From Candidatus Omnitrophota bacterium (GTDB lineage Bacteria; Omnitrophota; Gorgyraeia; Pluralincolimonadales; Pluralincolimonadaceae): DNA of 64,000 nucleotides. Made by a program: the position numbers and the translations under genes. A model generated the notes under the pieces. That model saw only the letters and a list, made by a program, of their open reading frames with translations, did not search any database and had not been told where the DNA came from. The stretch covers positions 32,759 to 96,758 of the forward strand of contig JAQUPL010000006.1 in the NCBI GenBank assembly GCA_028716565.1. The letters run 5' to 3'. Shown in pieces: positions 12,178 to 22,031 of this stretch; the stretch's first letter is position 1, and the number at the start of each line of letters is the position of its first letter.

Positions 12178-13610
12178 ATTTCAAAAAGAAAGAGATATAT
12201 ATAGGCATAGATATCGGTTCCTCGGCGATAAAGGCGGTCGAGATAGGGACCGGGCCTGCCGGAGATATCATTTTAAAAAAAGCCGGCCTCGTCCCGAAAG
12301 AGGAAGGCGTAAAGAAGGCTGTGGCCGGCATGAATGTCAAATCCGCCAGGGTCACCTGCGTAGCCGATTGCCCGGAAGGATGCCTGCGTTATTTCACGAT
12401 ACCAAAGATGTCGGACCGGGAGATACCCGAGGCGGTGAGATGGCAGGTGAAAGAGAAGGTATCCCTGCCGCTTGACGAGCTTTTCATGGATTACAAACTG
12501 CAAGAGACCGCCGAGGGCGGCATAAGCAAATACAAAGTAAAACTGGCCGTTATGCCGGCAAAGGCGGTAGACAGTATAGTAGGAGCCCTCGCCGGGGCGG
12601 CCATCAGCCCGGCCGCGCTCTTCCCGCCGCCTCTTGCCATAGAGAAGCTGTCGAACCGCATGGGCCTTCAGGGAGGCGAGGCCGCCGCGGTCGTGGATAT
12701 CGGGCATAATTATACCGGGATAAATATCACAAAAGACGGTTATCTTGCGTTCACAAGAAATGTCAATTCAGGCGCCGCCGCGATCACTAAAGACCTGAAC
12801 CGCCCGGCGGCGGAACGGCTGGCGCAGGAGATCGACCGGTCCCTCCACTATTACGGGGACGAATCGTCCGGCGACAAGGTCAGGTCGGTCGTCCTCACGG
12901 GCGGCGGCGCGTCGATAAAGGGACTTGCGGAATTTTTACAGGAGAACCTCGGCGTTCCGGTCTCTCAGGGAGACCCATTTAAGGGGATCTCTTTGGAAAA
13001 GGGAGCGCTCGCAGATCCGGCCCCGGCATCAGGCATCTTCGCCGGCGCCGTAGGCGCGGCCTTAAGCGAAGGCCGGGGGATAAACCTTTTGCCGCCGGAA
13101 TTAAAACAAAAGACCATACGCACATTCGAGAAAGCGGCGGTCGAGTCGGTAGTAGCCGCGGTCGCAGTTTCCCTGGTACTCTCTTTTATCGGCATGAGGG
13201 TGCAGCTGGCTAACTACGACAAGAAGATAAGCTACGGGATAAAGGAAATGGAGGTCATAAAACCCCAGCTGGAGATAACATCGCATTATGAGCGCCTAGC
13301 CGCGGAGCTCTCCGAAAGGAAGGCGTTTATCGACTCGGTCCTCTCGGGCATCCCGCCGTGGAAAGAGACGTTAAAAGAACTCAGCAACAGGCTCCCGAAA
13401 TACGCGGTCCTCTCGAGCCTTAAGGCTGACGCGTCCGGTTTAGAGATAAGCGGCCAGATCACAGGCGACGTCAAGGACCGCGAAAAGGCCCTGTCCGGAA
13501 TCATATCGTCGCTTGAAGGAGGCATGTTCAAGAGCGTGACGCTATTGAACGCCAAGATGGGCGAAGGCACGAATTCAAATACGGAGTTCGATATCAAATG
13601 CCTGTTCTGA
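12174..13610 (+). CDS. PilM-PilN fusion protein (GspL-like topology: actin-like cytoplasmic domain + TM + periplasmic domain)
   Basis: N-terminus 'IGIDIGSSAIKAVEI' is PilM/actin-like. At ~residue 320 comes 'GINLLPPELK' plus a TM helix, which is the PilN N-terminal signature. The ATG at 12174 overlaps the upstream stop (ATGA). Confidence 0.75.
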   Translation: MNFKKKEIYIGIDIGSSAIKAVEIGTGPAGDIILKKAGLVPKEEGVKKAVAGMNVKSARVTCVADCPEGCLRYFTIPKMSDREIPEAVRWQVKEKVSLPLDELFMDYKLQETAEGGISKYKVKLAVMPAKAVDSIVGALAGAAISPAALFPPPLAIEKLSNRMGLQGGEAAAVVDIGHNYTGINITKDGYLAFTRNVNSGAAAITKDLNRPAAERLAQEIDRSLHYYGDESSGDKVRSVVLTGGGASIKGLAEFLQENLGVPVSQGDPFKGISLEKGALADPAPASGIFAGAVGAALSEGRGINLLPPELKQKTIRTFEKAAVESVVAAVAVSLVLSFIGMRVQLANYDKKISYGIKEMEVIKPQLEITSHYERLAAELSERKAFIDSVLSGIPPWKETLKELSNRLPKYAVLSSLKADASGLEISGQITGDVKDREKALSGIISSLEGGMFKSVTLLNAKMGEGTNSNTEFDIKCLF

Positions 13611-14179
13611 AAAATATAGGACTGAAGAAGAATAAGACGGCTGTGGCGGTCATCGCCGGGATCGTTATATTCCTTATCCTGTTCGCGGTGGTCCTCGCTC
13701 CGGCGAGGAAGGAACTGGCCGAGAAGAAGAAGACCTGGCGCGAGCTCAATGCCCAGCTTACCGCCGGTCGCAATAAACTTTCCGCGTTCAAATTGGATAA
13801 GGCCGGGGTAGAGGCGAAAGTCGGGGACCTGCGCAAGCGGCTCCCTTCAAAGAGCCCGACGCCGGCGATACTCGAGGAATTAGCGAAGAAGGGCAAGGAG
13901 CTCAACATAGATTTCATCTCGATAACGCCCCAGCCGGCCGAACCGCTCCCGGAGATGACCGCGGCATTCAATTGCAAGGCGTTACCTATAGACATAAAGA
14001 TGAGGGCGGCCTATAAGAGCCTCGGGGATTATCTCGGATCGCTGGATAGCTTCGAAAGCAGTTTTGCGGCCGTCCCGGAATTCCGGATTGCGAAAGATGA
14101 GAGGACGTTCCCGAAATTGATAGTGGATATGAAGGTGTTCACGTATACACTGGAAGAGGCAGAAAGTGGACAAGAATAA
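13598..14179 (+). CDS. PilO/GspM-like bitopic assembly protein
   Basis: N-terminal TM helix, then coiled-coil, then a ferredoxin-like C-terminus. It sits immediately after the PilMN fusion. Confidence 0.55.
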   Translation: MPVLKNIGLKKNKTAVAVIAGIVIFLILFAVVLAPARKELAEKKKTWRELNAQLTAGRNKLSAFKLDKAGVEAKVGDLRKRLPSKSPTPAILEELAKKGKELNIDFISITPQPAEPLPEMTAAFNCKALPIDIKMRAAYKSLGDYLGSLDSFESSFAAVPEFRIAKDERTFPKLIVDMKVFTYTLEEAESGQE

Positions 14180-14582
14180 GCAGCAATTAGTCATCCTTGG
14201 GGTAGTCATCGCGATATTTATTGCCGTTACCGCGATGGCCGTCCTGAAGCCGCGCGCTAAAAAGCCGGAGGAGGCAAAGGCCGCTCCCGCGGCCGCAGCC
14301 CCGGCCCAAAAACCCGTCTTCCAAAAAGAGCGTATGACAAGCTTGTTCAAATCCTGGGGCAGGGACCCGTTCGCGATCGGCGGCGGGCCGGCCGAGGTCG
14401 GCGCAGGCCCGGCATCTCTCAGCGGGATATTCTGCGACCCCGGGAAGAGCTATTGCATAATAGACGGCAAGGTGGCGAAAGTGGGCGACCAGGTATCGGG
14501 ATACAAGATATTGGAGATAACGAAAGACACCGTGACCGTCAAGTCCGGTGATGAGATAAGGACCCTCAGGATCGGCCATTAA
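14166..14582 (+). CDS. PilP/GspC-like small TM protein (predicted)
   Basis: N-terminal TM helix, an Ala/Pro-rich linker, and a C-terminal beta-rich domain ('ILEITKDTVTVKSGDEIRTLRIG'). It is the last gene of the operon. Confidence 0.4.
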   Translation: MDKNKQQLVILGVVIAIFIAVTAMAVLKPRAKKPEEAKAAPAAAAPAQKPVFQKERMTSLFKSWGRDPFAIGGGPAEVGAGPASLSGIFCDPGKSYCIIDGKVAKVGDQVSGYKILEITKDTVTVKSGDEIRTLRIGH

Positions 14583-14585
14583 AAC

Positions 14586-14614
14586 TTGACTCGGGGCCTA
14601 TCTTCTGCTATCAT
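14586..14614 (+). promoter_or_regulatory. Candidate sigma70 promoter (TTGACT, 17 nt spacer, TATCAT) upstream of lpxL
   Basis: Hexamers read directly in the 40-nt gap after the pilus operon. Confidence 0.45.
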
Positions 14615-14622
14615 AACGCGTT

Positions 14623-15555
14623 GTGAAGCACAGAATCAGGAGAAGGTATCTTTATTACCTTCTTAGGACAGCCAGTTTTATCTCTCTTCTCTTCCCGATA
14701 AAAATTAACAAATTTTTAGGCAGGCGAATGGGAGAGTTCGCCTTTTTTTTGGTGCCCGGACACAGGAAGAGCGCGATAGAGAACCTCAGGATCGCGTTCA
14801 AAGGCGAGAAGACCGAAGCCGAGATAAGGGCTGTCGCTAGGGGCGTCTTCCGTAACCTGGGGGAGAACCTTTTTGAGATATTAAGCGCCCCGAAACTTAC
14901 CCCCCGCAACATAGACAGGCACGTAAGGATAAAAGGGCTCGGGATCGTAGACAAGGCTCTTTCACAGAAGAGGGGTTTTATAGTCCTCTCGGCGCATTTA
15001 GGAAACTGGGAACTCCTTGCCGGGTGGTTCGGGCTCAAGAAATACCCGGTGAACGTCCTCGCCCGCAGGCTGCGTTACGTGAAGTTTGACAATTGGATGA
15101 ACGGCCTGCGCCGGAAGATGGACGTCAACGTCGTGATGCGGGACGAGTCGGCCAAGACGATGCTCAGGCTGTTGCGCGGCGGGCAATCGATCGCGATACT
15201 TGCCGACCAGGATATATCCTCCCTCGACGGGGTTTTTGTGGATTTCTTCGGGCGTCCGGCTTACACGCCGACCGCGCCGGTCATACTTGCCCTCGCAACG
15301 GCTGTGCCTATAATACCGATGTTCATAGTGCGCGAGGGGAATAGCCACACCATATATGTAGAGGAGCCGCTCGAGCTCGAGATAACCGGCAATAAAGAGA
15401 ACGATACAAAAATAAATACGGAAAAGTGGTCGAAGGTCGTCGAGTCGTATATACGGAAGTATCCTTCGCAATGGGTCTGGATGCATAACAGATGGAAGAC
15501 GAACCCCCAGACTGCGAAAGGGTTCGTCCCGAATGAAATGAAGGGCCCAAAATGA
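14623..15555 (+). CDS. lpxL: Lipid A biosynthesis lauroyl/myristoyl acyltransferase (LpxL/HtrB family)
   Basis: 'LSAHLGNWELLA' is the HX4D-region equivalent. N-terminal TM segment. GTG start assumed; the ATG at 14728 is an alternative. Confidence 0.7.
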   Translation: MKHRIRRRYLYYLLRTASFISLLFPIKINKFLGRRMGEFAFFLVPGHRKSAIENLRIAFKGEKTEAEIRAVARGVFRNLGENLFEILSAPKLTPRNIDRHVRIKGLGIVDKALSQKRGFIVLSAHLGNWELLAGWFGLKKYPVNVLARRLRYVKFDNWMNGLRRKMDVNVVMRDESAKTMLRLLRGGQSIAILADQDISSLDGVFVDFFGRPAYTPTAPVILALATAVPIIPMFIVREGNSHTIYVEEPLELEITGNKENDTKINTEKWSKVVESYIRKYPSQWVWMHNRWKTNPQTAKGFVPNEMKGPK

Positions 15556-16334
15556 GACTAAATAAGGTCGCGACCGCACTGCTGGTGGTGTTTTTGTTCA
15601 CGGGCTGTGAAGGCAAACAGGCGAAAGCGCCGGCCCCGCCCGAGGAAGAGGCGGAGATCTCGGGCGACCAGAAGATGATGGCGTTCTCGCTGTCAGGTTT
15701 CGAGAAGACCGGCAAGAAGAAATGGGAGGTCCAGGGCAAATCTGCGGATATAGTCTCCGAGGTGGTCAATCTTACCGATATCGTAGCTAAGGCCTACGGC
15801 GACCAGAGCGACATGACGCTTACGGCCGACAAGGGCTCGTTCGACAGGGCCACAAACGACGCGCACTTCGAGTCGAACGTCGTGGTCAGCGGCACTAACG
15901 GCACGGAGATGAAGACGGACGCTCTCGATTGGAAGAACGCCGAACAGAAGGTAGTGACCGATAAGCCGGTCGTGATGAAGTCCGACGCAAAGGGAAAGAG
16001 CGTAGGCGAGTTCGCCACCAAAACGCCTACGACCATAACCTGCGACGGGCCGATGGAGATAGATTACGGCAAAAGTTACGCCGTCTTCAATAAGAACGTC
16101 AAGGTAGAAGACGAGCGCGGCCAGGTATTCTGCGACACGGCGACGGCATATTACGACACGAAGACAAAACAGGTCTCAAAAATAGTAGCCAGGGGAAACG
16201 TGAAGATAATGAGGGAAGGCAGCTGGACGTACAGCGACGAGGCGATTTACCTCGCGCCTGAGCAAAAGGTCATCCTCACGGGATCTCCCAAGGTAATGAT
16301 ATATCCCGAAGATAAGAAAGAAAAGAAAAAATAA
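15552..16334 (+). CDS. LptC/LptA (OstA-like) family LPS transport lipoprotein
   Basis: Lipobox 'LFTGCEG'. OstA-like beta-jellyroll region ('TLTADKGSFDRATNDAHFESNVVV'). Immediately upstream of lptB. Confidence 0.6.
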   Translation: MRLNKVATALLVVFLFTGCEGKQAKAPAPPEEEAEISGDQKMMAFSLSGFEKTGKKKWEVQGKSADIVSEVVNLTDIVAKAYGDQSDMTLTADKGSFDRATNDAHFESNVVVSGTNGTEMKTDALDWKNAEQKVVTDKPVVMKSDAKGKSVGEFATKTPTTITCDGPMEIDYGKSYAVFNKNVKVEDERGQVFCDTATAYYDTKTKQVSKIVARGNVKIMREGSWTYSDEAIYLAPEQKVILTGSPKVMIYPEDKKEKKK

Positions 16335-16343
16335 GGATCTTTG

Positions 16344-17066
16344 ATGCACCTCCTCGAGACGAAGGGTCTCCAAAAGACATATAACCGCCGCCGCGTTGTC
16401 AACGGGGTCGATATATCGGTCAGGCGCGGAGAGATAGTGGGACTGCTCGGGCCTAACGGCGCGGGGAAGACTACGACCTTTTATATGATAGTCGGCCTTG
16501 TCGAGCCGGATAGCGGCCAGATATTCTTTGATAACCAGGAGATAACCGGCCTGCCGATGCACAGGCGCGCCCGCTGCGGAATAGGATACCTTGCGCAGGA
16601 GCCGTCGATATTCAGGAAACTTACCGTTGAGGAGAATATCATGGCCATCCTCGAGACGCTAAGGATATCTAAAAAGGAGCGCCGCAAGAGGCTTGAGATG
16701 CTCCTGGGTGAATTAAGGATATCGCATCTCGCCAGGAACTACGCCTATACTTTGTCCGGCGGCGAGCGAAGGCGCCTGGAGATAACCCGCGCCCTCGTGA
16801 CCGAACCCACTTTCATATTGTTGGATGAACCGTTCTCGGGTATCGACCCGATAGCTGTCGCCGAGTGCCAGGAGATAATCTGTTCGCTGAGGGAGAAAGG
16901 GCTCGGCATACTTTTGACCGACCATAATGTCCGAGAGACGCTTTCCATAACCGACAGGTCTTATATAATGTCCGACGGAAAGGTCCTTATATCCGGCACC
17001 GCGGAAGAACTCATCTCCGACCCGAAGGCGAGGCAGATCTATCTGGGCGAAAAGTTCAGGATGTGA
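16344..17066 (+). CDS. lptB: LPS export ABC transporter ATP-binding protein
   Basis: Walker A 'GPNGAGKTT', signature '[11 protein letters not shown]', Walker B '[12 protein letters not shown]'. ~240 aa with no TM domain, following lptC/A. Confidence 0.9.
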   Translation: MHLLETKGLQKTYNRRRVVNGVDISVRRGEIVGLLGPNGAGKTTTFYMIVGLVEPDSGQIFFDNQEITGLPMHRRARCGIGYLAQEPSIFRKLTVEENIMAILETLRISKKERRKRLEMLLGELRISHLARNYAYTLSGGERRRLEITRALVTEPTFILLDEPFSGIDPIAVAECQEIICSLREKGLGILLTDHNVRETLSITDRSYIMSDGKVLISGTAEELISDPKARQIYLGEKFRM

Positions 17067-17136
17067 GCAAAGAAGTTGCTCACCCTAAAAATGTTTTAGG
17101 AAGAAGAAGGTGAGCAGCCGATAATAAGGAGGCAAA

Positions 17137-17691
17137 ATGGACGTAGTCATCACAGGCAGGCATTTTGATGTCACGGAAGGCATGAAAGCCCACGTAAACG
17201 ATAAGATAACGAAGCTGGACAAATTCTACCACAAGATTCTCGAGTCGCACGTCATCCTTTCGGTCGAGAAGTTCCGCCACGTAGCCGAGCTGACGGTCAT
17301 CGGCAAGCACTTTAAGTTGACCGCGACCGAGACGACCTCGGATATGTATGCGTCGATCGACGCAGCGATCGCTTCCCTCGAAAAACAGTTGAGGAAACTC
17401 CACGACAAGATAAAGGAGCACAGGGTAAAAGGCTCTTCCGGCAAGATCAGGGAGCTCGCGGCCAGGTCGCTATCCGCGATAAGGGGTGTCTTCAGGCCTG
17501 AAAGGGAGGCCGCCGGTCCGAGGATAGTCGAGACCCAGCGCGTCGCCGAGAAACCTATGTCGGTCGAGGAGGCCGTGGAGGAGTTGAAGATATCGAACAG
17601 CGAATTCATTGTATTCAGGAGCGCCGAGGACAACAGGATAAATGTAATATATAAGAGAAAGGACGGTGACTTCGGTCTGATAAAGACCTGA
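17137..17691 (+). CDS. hpf: Ribosome hibernation promoting factor (long form)
   Basis: 'MDVVITGRHFDVTEGMKAHV...KLDKF' is the HPF/RaiA N-domain, with a C-terminal extension. Confidence 0.85.
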   Translation: MDVVITGRHFDVTEGMKAHVNDKITKLDKFYHKILESHVILSVEKFRHVAELTVIGKHFKLTATETTSDMYASIDAAIASLEKQLRKLHDKIKEHRVKGSSGKIRELAARSLSAIRGVFRPEREAAGPRIVETQRVAEKPMSVEEAVEELKISNSEFIVFRSAEDNRINVIYKRKDGDFGLIKT

Positions 17692-17701
17692 AGAGATCAT
17701 T

Positions 17702-18976
17702 ATGAAAGTTAAAAGCAAAGACCTTGGAGGTTCGCGCAGGGGTTTCGAGATAGAGGTCCCCGCGGACCATATAAAAAATAAATACGAAGAGATAATCGGC
17801 GAGATCGAGAAATACGCCGAGGTGCCGGGTTACAGGGTAGGCAAGGCCCCGCGCTATCTCGTGGAGACGCATTATAAGGACAAGGCCGGCGAGGAGGTCA
17901 AGAAGCGCCTCATCGGCGAGGCGGTGATGAAAGCGGTAAAAGACGCCGGCATCGACATGATAGGCATGCCGTCGGTTACCGATATAATTTTCGAGGCGGA
18001 GAAGCAGCTCTCGTTCAAGGCGGAGGTCCACGTGCGTCCCGAAGTGAAATTGAAGAACTATAAAGGCCTCAAGGCCGTGAGGCAGAAAGCCCGGGTCGCG
18101 ACCGAAGATGTCGATAAGGTGATAGAGGACCTCCAGGAGAGGCACTCCCAGCTTAAGGATGTCGAGGGGCGCCCGGCGAAGGAGAACGACTGGTGCCTTT
18201 GCGACGTCGAGATATCGGTAGAGGCCAAGCCCGGCGAGAAGAACGAGAACGTGTGGTTCCCGCTCAACCCGAAATCTACGAAACCCGAGTTCATGAGCCA
18301 GCTTTTGGGCGCGGTCCCCGGCGATACGAGGACGGTCAATACCATAATGCCGCTGAATTATCCGCGCAAGGAGCAGGCTGGAAAACAGGCCGTATTCATA
18401 ATAACCGTCAACCAGGTCAAGGAGAAGATAGCGCCGGCGATCGACGACGAGTTTGCCAAGGACGTCGGCGGGTTCAAGTCCCTGCTCGAGCTTCGCGGGA
18501 ATATCCGCGAAGAGCTCACCAAGGCGAAGGAACAGGAGGCGAGGTTCAAGGTGGAAGAGGACCTCGTAGGCCAGCTCATCAAGGGCGCGAATTTCGAGGC
18601 CCCGGAGATGATGGTGGACACGGAGGCCGAGCACCTGTTAAAAGACGCGCAGAACAGGCTCCAGTATATGGGATATAAGAAAGAGGATATCGAGAAGGAA
18701 GAGGCCGCCATGAAACAGAAGTTCCGGGACGAAGCGGTCAGGCGCGTGAAGTCGTATTTTATCCTCGATAAGGTGGCAGAACTCGAGAAACTTACCGCTT
18801 CCGAGGAGGATATCAACAAGCGCGTCGAGCTTTTGGCGGCGCGCTCCAAGAAGACGGCAGAGGAAGCGAAAAAATATCTCGAAGAAAATAACCTCATGGA
18901 AGACATCAGGGCCGAGATAACGCAGGACAAGGCTATGGAATTCCTCATAGAGAACGCGAAAATAGAGGAGGCTTAA
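17702..18976 (+). CDS. tig: Trigger factor
   Basis: Domain order and length (424 aa). Located upstream of clpP. Confidence 0.85.
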   Translation: MKVKSKDLGGSRRGFEIEVPADHIKNKYEEIIGEIEKYAEVPGYRVGKAPRYLVETHYKDKAGEEVKKRLIGEAVMKAVKDAGIDMIGMPSVTDIIFEAEKQLSFKAEVHVRPEVKLKNYKGLKAVRQKARVATEDVDKVIEDLQERHSQLKDVEGRPAKENDWCLCDVEISVEAKPGEKNENVWFPLNPKSTKPEFMSQLLGAVPGDTRTVNTIMPLNYPRKEQAGKQAVFIITVNQVKEKIAPAIDDEFAKDVGGFKSLLELRGNIREELTKAKEQEARFKVEEDLVGQLIKGANFEAPEMMVDTEAEHLLKDAQNRLQYMGYKKEDIEKEEAAMKQKFRDEAVRRVKSYFILDKVAELEKLTASEEDINKRVELLAARSKKTAEEAKKYLEENNLMEDIRAEITQDKAMEFLIENAKIEEA

Positions 18977-18977
18977 A

Positions 18978-19586
18978 ATGGCAGACAGAGAACGGTCGCA
19001 GACGCTTGTTCCCATGGTAGTCGAGCAGTCAGGGCGCGGGGAACGCGCGTATGACATCTATTCGAGGCTCCTTAAGGACAGGATAATATTTATCGGCACT
19101 CCGATAGACGATGTCGTTGCCAACCTTGTCATCGCCCAGCTGCTCTTCCTGCAGATGGAAGATCCTGATAAGGACATCAGCGTATACATAAATACGCCGG
19201 GCGGGGTCGTGACTTCCGGACTCGCGGTCTACGATACCATACAGTTCTTGAAACCCGATGTCTGCACTTACTGCATCGGACAGGCGACCTCTATGGGCGC
19301 GATACTTTTAGCCGCCGGCACGAAGGGCAAGAGGTTCGCCCTCCCGAACGCGCGCATAATGATGCACCAGCCCTGGGGCGGGACGCAGGGCGCGGCCGCG
19401 GATATAAGCATCCAGGCGAAAGAGATATTGAGGATGCGCGACAGGATAGAAGAGATACTCGCCAAGCACACCGGCCAGCCGCTCGACAAGATAAAGAAAG
19501 ACACGGACAGGGATTATTTCCTGAGCGCCGAGGAGGCGAAGACCTACGGCCTGGTCGATGAAGTCATAACCGGAAAGAAGAAATAA
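18978..19586 (+). CDS. clpP: ATP-dependent Clp protease proteolytic subunit
   Basis: '[14 protein letters not shown]' active-site Ser and 'MMHQPWGG' His motif. Confidence 0.95.
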   Translation: MADRERSQTLVPMVVEQSGRGERAYDIYSRLLKDRIIFIGTPIDDVVANLVIAQLLFLQMEDPDKDISVYINTPGGVVTSGLAVYDTIQFLKPDVCTYCIGQATSMGAILLAAGTKGKRFALPNARIMMHQPWGGTQGAAADISIQAKEILRMRDRIEEILAKHTGQPLDKIKKDTDRDYFLSAEEAKTYGLVDEVITGKKK

Positions 19587-19614
19587 CTTTATTCCCGATA
19601 TATAGAAATAGGAC

Positions 19615-22020
19615 ATGAAAAAAGAACACCAGATAAAAGAGTCATTGCCGCTTTTGCCATTGAGGGACATGGTAGTATTCCCTTTTATGGTCGTCCCCCT
19701 TGTGGTCGGGCGCGAGAAGTCCATCGCGGCGGTCGAGGAGGCCTTATCCAAAGATAAGACGATCCTCCTCTGCGCGCAGAGATCGGTAAAGGTAGAGGAA
19801 CCTTCGCTTGACGATATCTACCAGTCCGGCACGGTCGGCCAGATAATCCAGTCGGTAAAACTGCCGGATGGCTCATATAAGTTGCTCGTCGAGGGGCTCT
19901 ACCGCGCGAAGGTAAAGAAACTCCTGCCTACCAAGGAATATCTTAATGCCGGGATCGAATACGCCTCAGTGCCGGTCGAGAAGACGATCGAGGTCGAGGC
20001 GCAGATGCGCTCGCTGGTCAACCAGTTCGAGGAGTATGTCAAGCTGAACCAGCGCGTCCCGACCGAGGCGTTCGCGACGATCGCGAACATCCCGGACCCG
20101 GACCAGATGGCGGACACGGTCGCTTCATATCTCACGATGAGGGTCGCGGAGAGGCAGGGGATACTCGAGATCATAGACCCGGTCGAAAGGATAAAGAAGC
20201 TTACCGAAGTCCTCAATTCCGAGATCGGTATACTCCAGATAGAAAAAAAGATATCATCTACCGTCAGGAAGCAGATAGAGAAGGCGCAGAAGGAATATTT
20301 CCTCCAGGAACAGCTCAAGGCCATCGAGAAGGAGCTCGGCCAGAAGGACGATTACAAGAACGAGCTCGATGACCTCAAGGAGAAGATAAAACAGGCGAAG
20401 ATGCCGAAGGAGGCGCTGGATATAGCGCTGCGCGAGGTCGAAAAACTTTCGAGGATGTACCCGACCTCCCCGGAGGCGACCGTCTCGCGTAATTACATCG
20501 ACTGGCTAGTCGCGCTGCCGTGGTCTGTCAGGACCGACGACAACCTCGACATCAAGAACGCCGAGAAGATATTGAACGAGGACCATTACGGCCTCGAGAA
20601 ACCGAAGGAAAGGATCCTCGAATACCTTGCCGTCCGCAAGCTCGTAAAGTCAATGAAGGGCCAGATACTCTGTTTCGTCGGGCCTCCCGGCGTTGGAAAG
20701 ACCTCATTGGCGAAATCCATCGCGCGGGCGCTCGGCCGCAATTTCGTCCGCGTCTCCCTCGGAGGCGTGCGCGACGAGGCCGAGATACGCGGCCACCGCA
20801 GGACATATATCGGCTCGCTCCCGGGCCGCGTCGTACAATCCATAAGGAAAGCAAAATCGAGGAACCCGGTCTTTTTGCTCGACGAGGTCGACAAGATGTC
20901 CACGGATTTCAGGGGCGACCCGGCCGCGGCGCTGCTCGAGGTGCTCGACCCGGAGCAGAATTCGACCTTTTCCGACCATTATCTCGAAGTGGAGTTCGAC
21001 CTATCGGATGTCATGTTCATCACGACCGCGAACTTCCAGGACAATATACCCATCCCGCTTCAGGACAGGATGGAGATGATAAAGCTTTCGGGTTATACCG
21101 AATACGAAAAGGTGAAGATCGCGCAGGGGTTCCTTATCCCTAAGCAGATAAAACTGCACGGCCTCAAGGAAGAGAATATAAAATTTACCGCGGATGCCAT
21201 ATTAAGGATAGTGCGCAGGTATACGCGCGAAGCGGGCGTCCGCAATCTCGAACGCGAGATAGCGCGCGTCTGCAGGCGTATAGCCAAGGATGTCGTGAAG
21301 AAAGAAAAGGACCTGAAGCTTCGCCTTACCGGAAAGCGGATCGAGAAATATCTCGGCCCGGTCCAGTTTACCGAGCCGAAGAAGGAAGAGAAGAACGAGG
21401 TCGGTGTATCCACGGGGCTTGCCTGGACAGAGGCGGGCGGCGATATCATCTCCATAGAATCGACCCTCATGACCGGAAAAGGGAAATTGACCCTGACCGG
21501 AAAACTCGGCGAGGTCATGCAGGAATCGGCGCAGGCGGCGTTGAGCTATATCCGCTCGCGCGCCAGGGAATTCGGCATAGACGATAATTTTTATAAGAAA
21601 CTGGATATCCATATACATATACCCGAGGGCGCGATACCGAAGGACGGCCCGTCGGCCGGGATCACGATGGCGACCGCGCTTGTATCGAGCCTGACGAAAT
21701 GCCCGGTAAAAAAAGACGTCGCGATGACGGGTGAAATAACCCTGCGAGGCAAAGTCCTGCCGATAGGCGGGCTCAAGTCGAAGATACTCGCCGCGCACAT
21801 GGTCGGCATCAAGACGGTCATAATACCGAAAGAGAACGAAAAGGACCTCGTTGAGATACCGAAGGCCGTATTAAAGGATTTAAAGATAATACCCGTCGAG
21901 TATATGGACCAGGTCCTGGACATAGCGCTCGAGAAGAAATGCAGTAAGGCGCCGAAGGTTGCGCCGGGGAAGATGGCTCCGAAGCCGACCGTGTACCAAC
22001 GTTTACCAATACAAACCTAG
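19615..22020 (+). CDS. lon: Lon protease
   Basis: Lon N-domain, AAA+ Walker A 'GPPGVGKTS', and protease domain '[17 protein letters not shown]'. Confidence 0.95.
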   Translation: MKKEHQIKESLPLLPLRDMVVFPFMVVPLVVGREKSIAAVEEALSKDKTILLCAQRSVKVEEPSLDDIYQSGTVGQIIQSVKLPDGSYKLLVEGLYRAKVKKLLPTKEYLNAGIEYASVPVEKTIEVEAQMRSLVNQFEEYVKLNQRVPTEAFATIANIPDPDQMADTVASYLTMRVAERQGILEIIDPVERIKKLTEVLNSEIGILQIEKKISSTVRKQIEKAQKEYFLQEQLKAIEKELGQKDDYKNELDDLKEKIKQAKMPKEALDIALREVEKLSRMYPTSPEATVSRNYIDWLVALPWSVRTDDNLDIKNAEKILNEDHYGLEKPKERILEYLAVRKLVKSMKGQILCFVGPPGVGKTSLAKSIARALGRNFVRVSLGGVRDEAEIRGHRRTYIGSLPGRVVQSIRKAKSRNPVFLLDEVDKMSTDFRGDPAAALLEVLDPEQNSTFSDHYLEVEFDLSDVMFITTANFQDNIPIPLQDRMEMIKLSGYTEYEKVKIAQGFLIPKQIKLHGLKEENIKFTADAILRIVRRYTREAGVRNLEREIARVCRRIAKDVVKKEKDLKLRLTGKRIEKYLGPVQFTEPKKEEKNEVGVSTGLAWTEAGGDIISIESTLMTGKGKLTLTGKLGEVMQESAQAALSYIRSRAREFGIDDNFYKKLDIHIHIPEGAIPKDGPSAGITMATALVSSLTKCPVKKDVAMTGEITLRGKVLPIGGLKSKILAAHMVGIKTVIIPKENEKDLVEIPKAVLKDLKIIPVEYMDQVLDIALEKKCSKAPKVAPGKMAPKPTVYQRLPIQT

Positions 22021-22031
22021 GAGGGTAAGGA

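Noticed and set aside
17615-18634. 339-aa minus-strand ORF
   Set aside because: Antisense to trigger factor. The Leu/Arg-rich repetitive translation is a GC-composition artefact.
20520-21143. 207-aa +strand ORF inside lon in another frame
   Set aside because: The Arg/Pro-rich translation lies entirely within the Lon AAA+ domain coding region, so it is an alternate-frame artefact. The same applies to the 12140-12475, 25542-25847 and 33470-33961 + ORFs.
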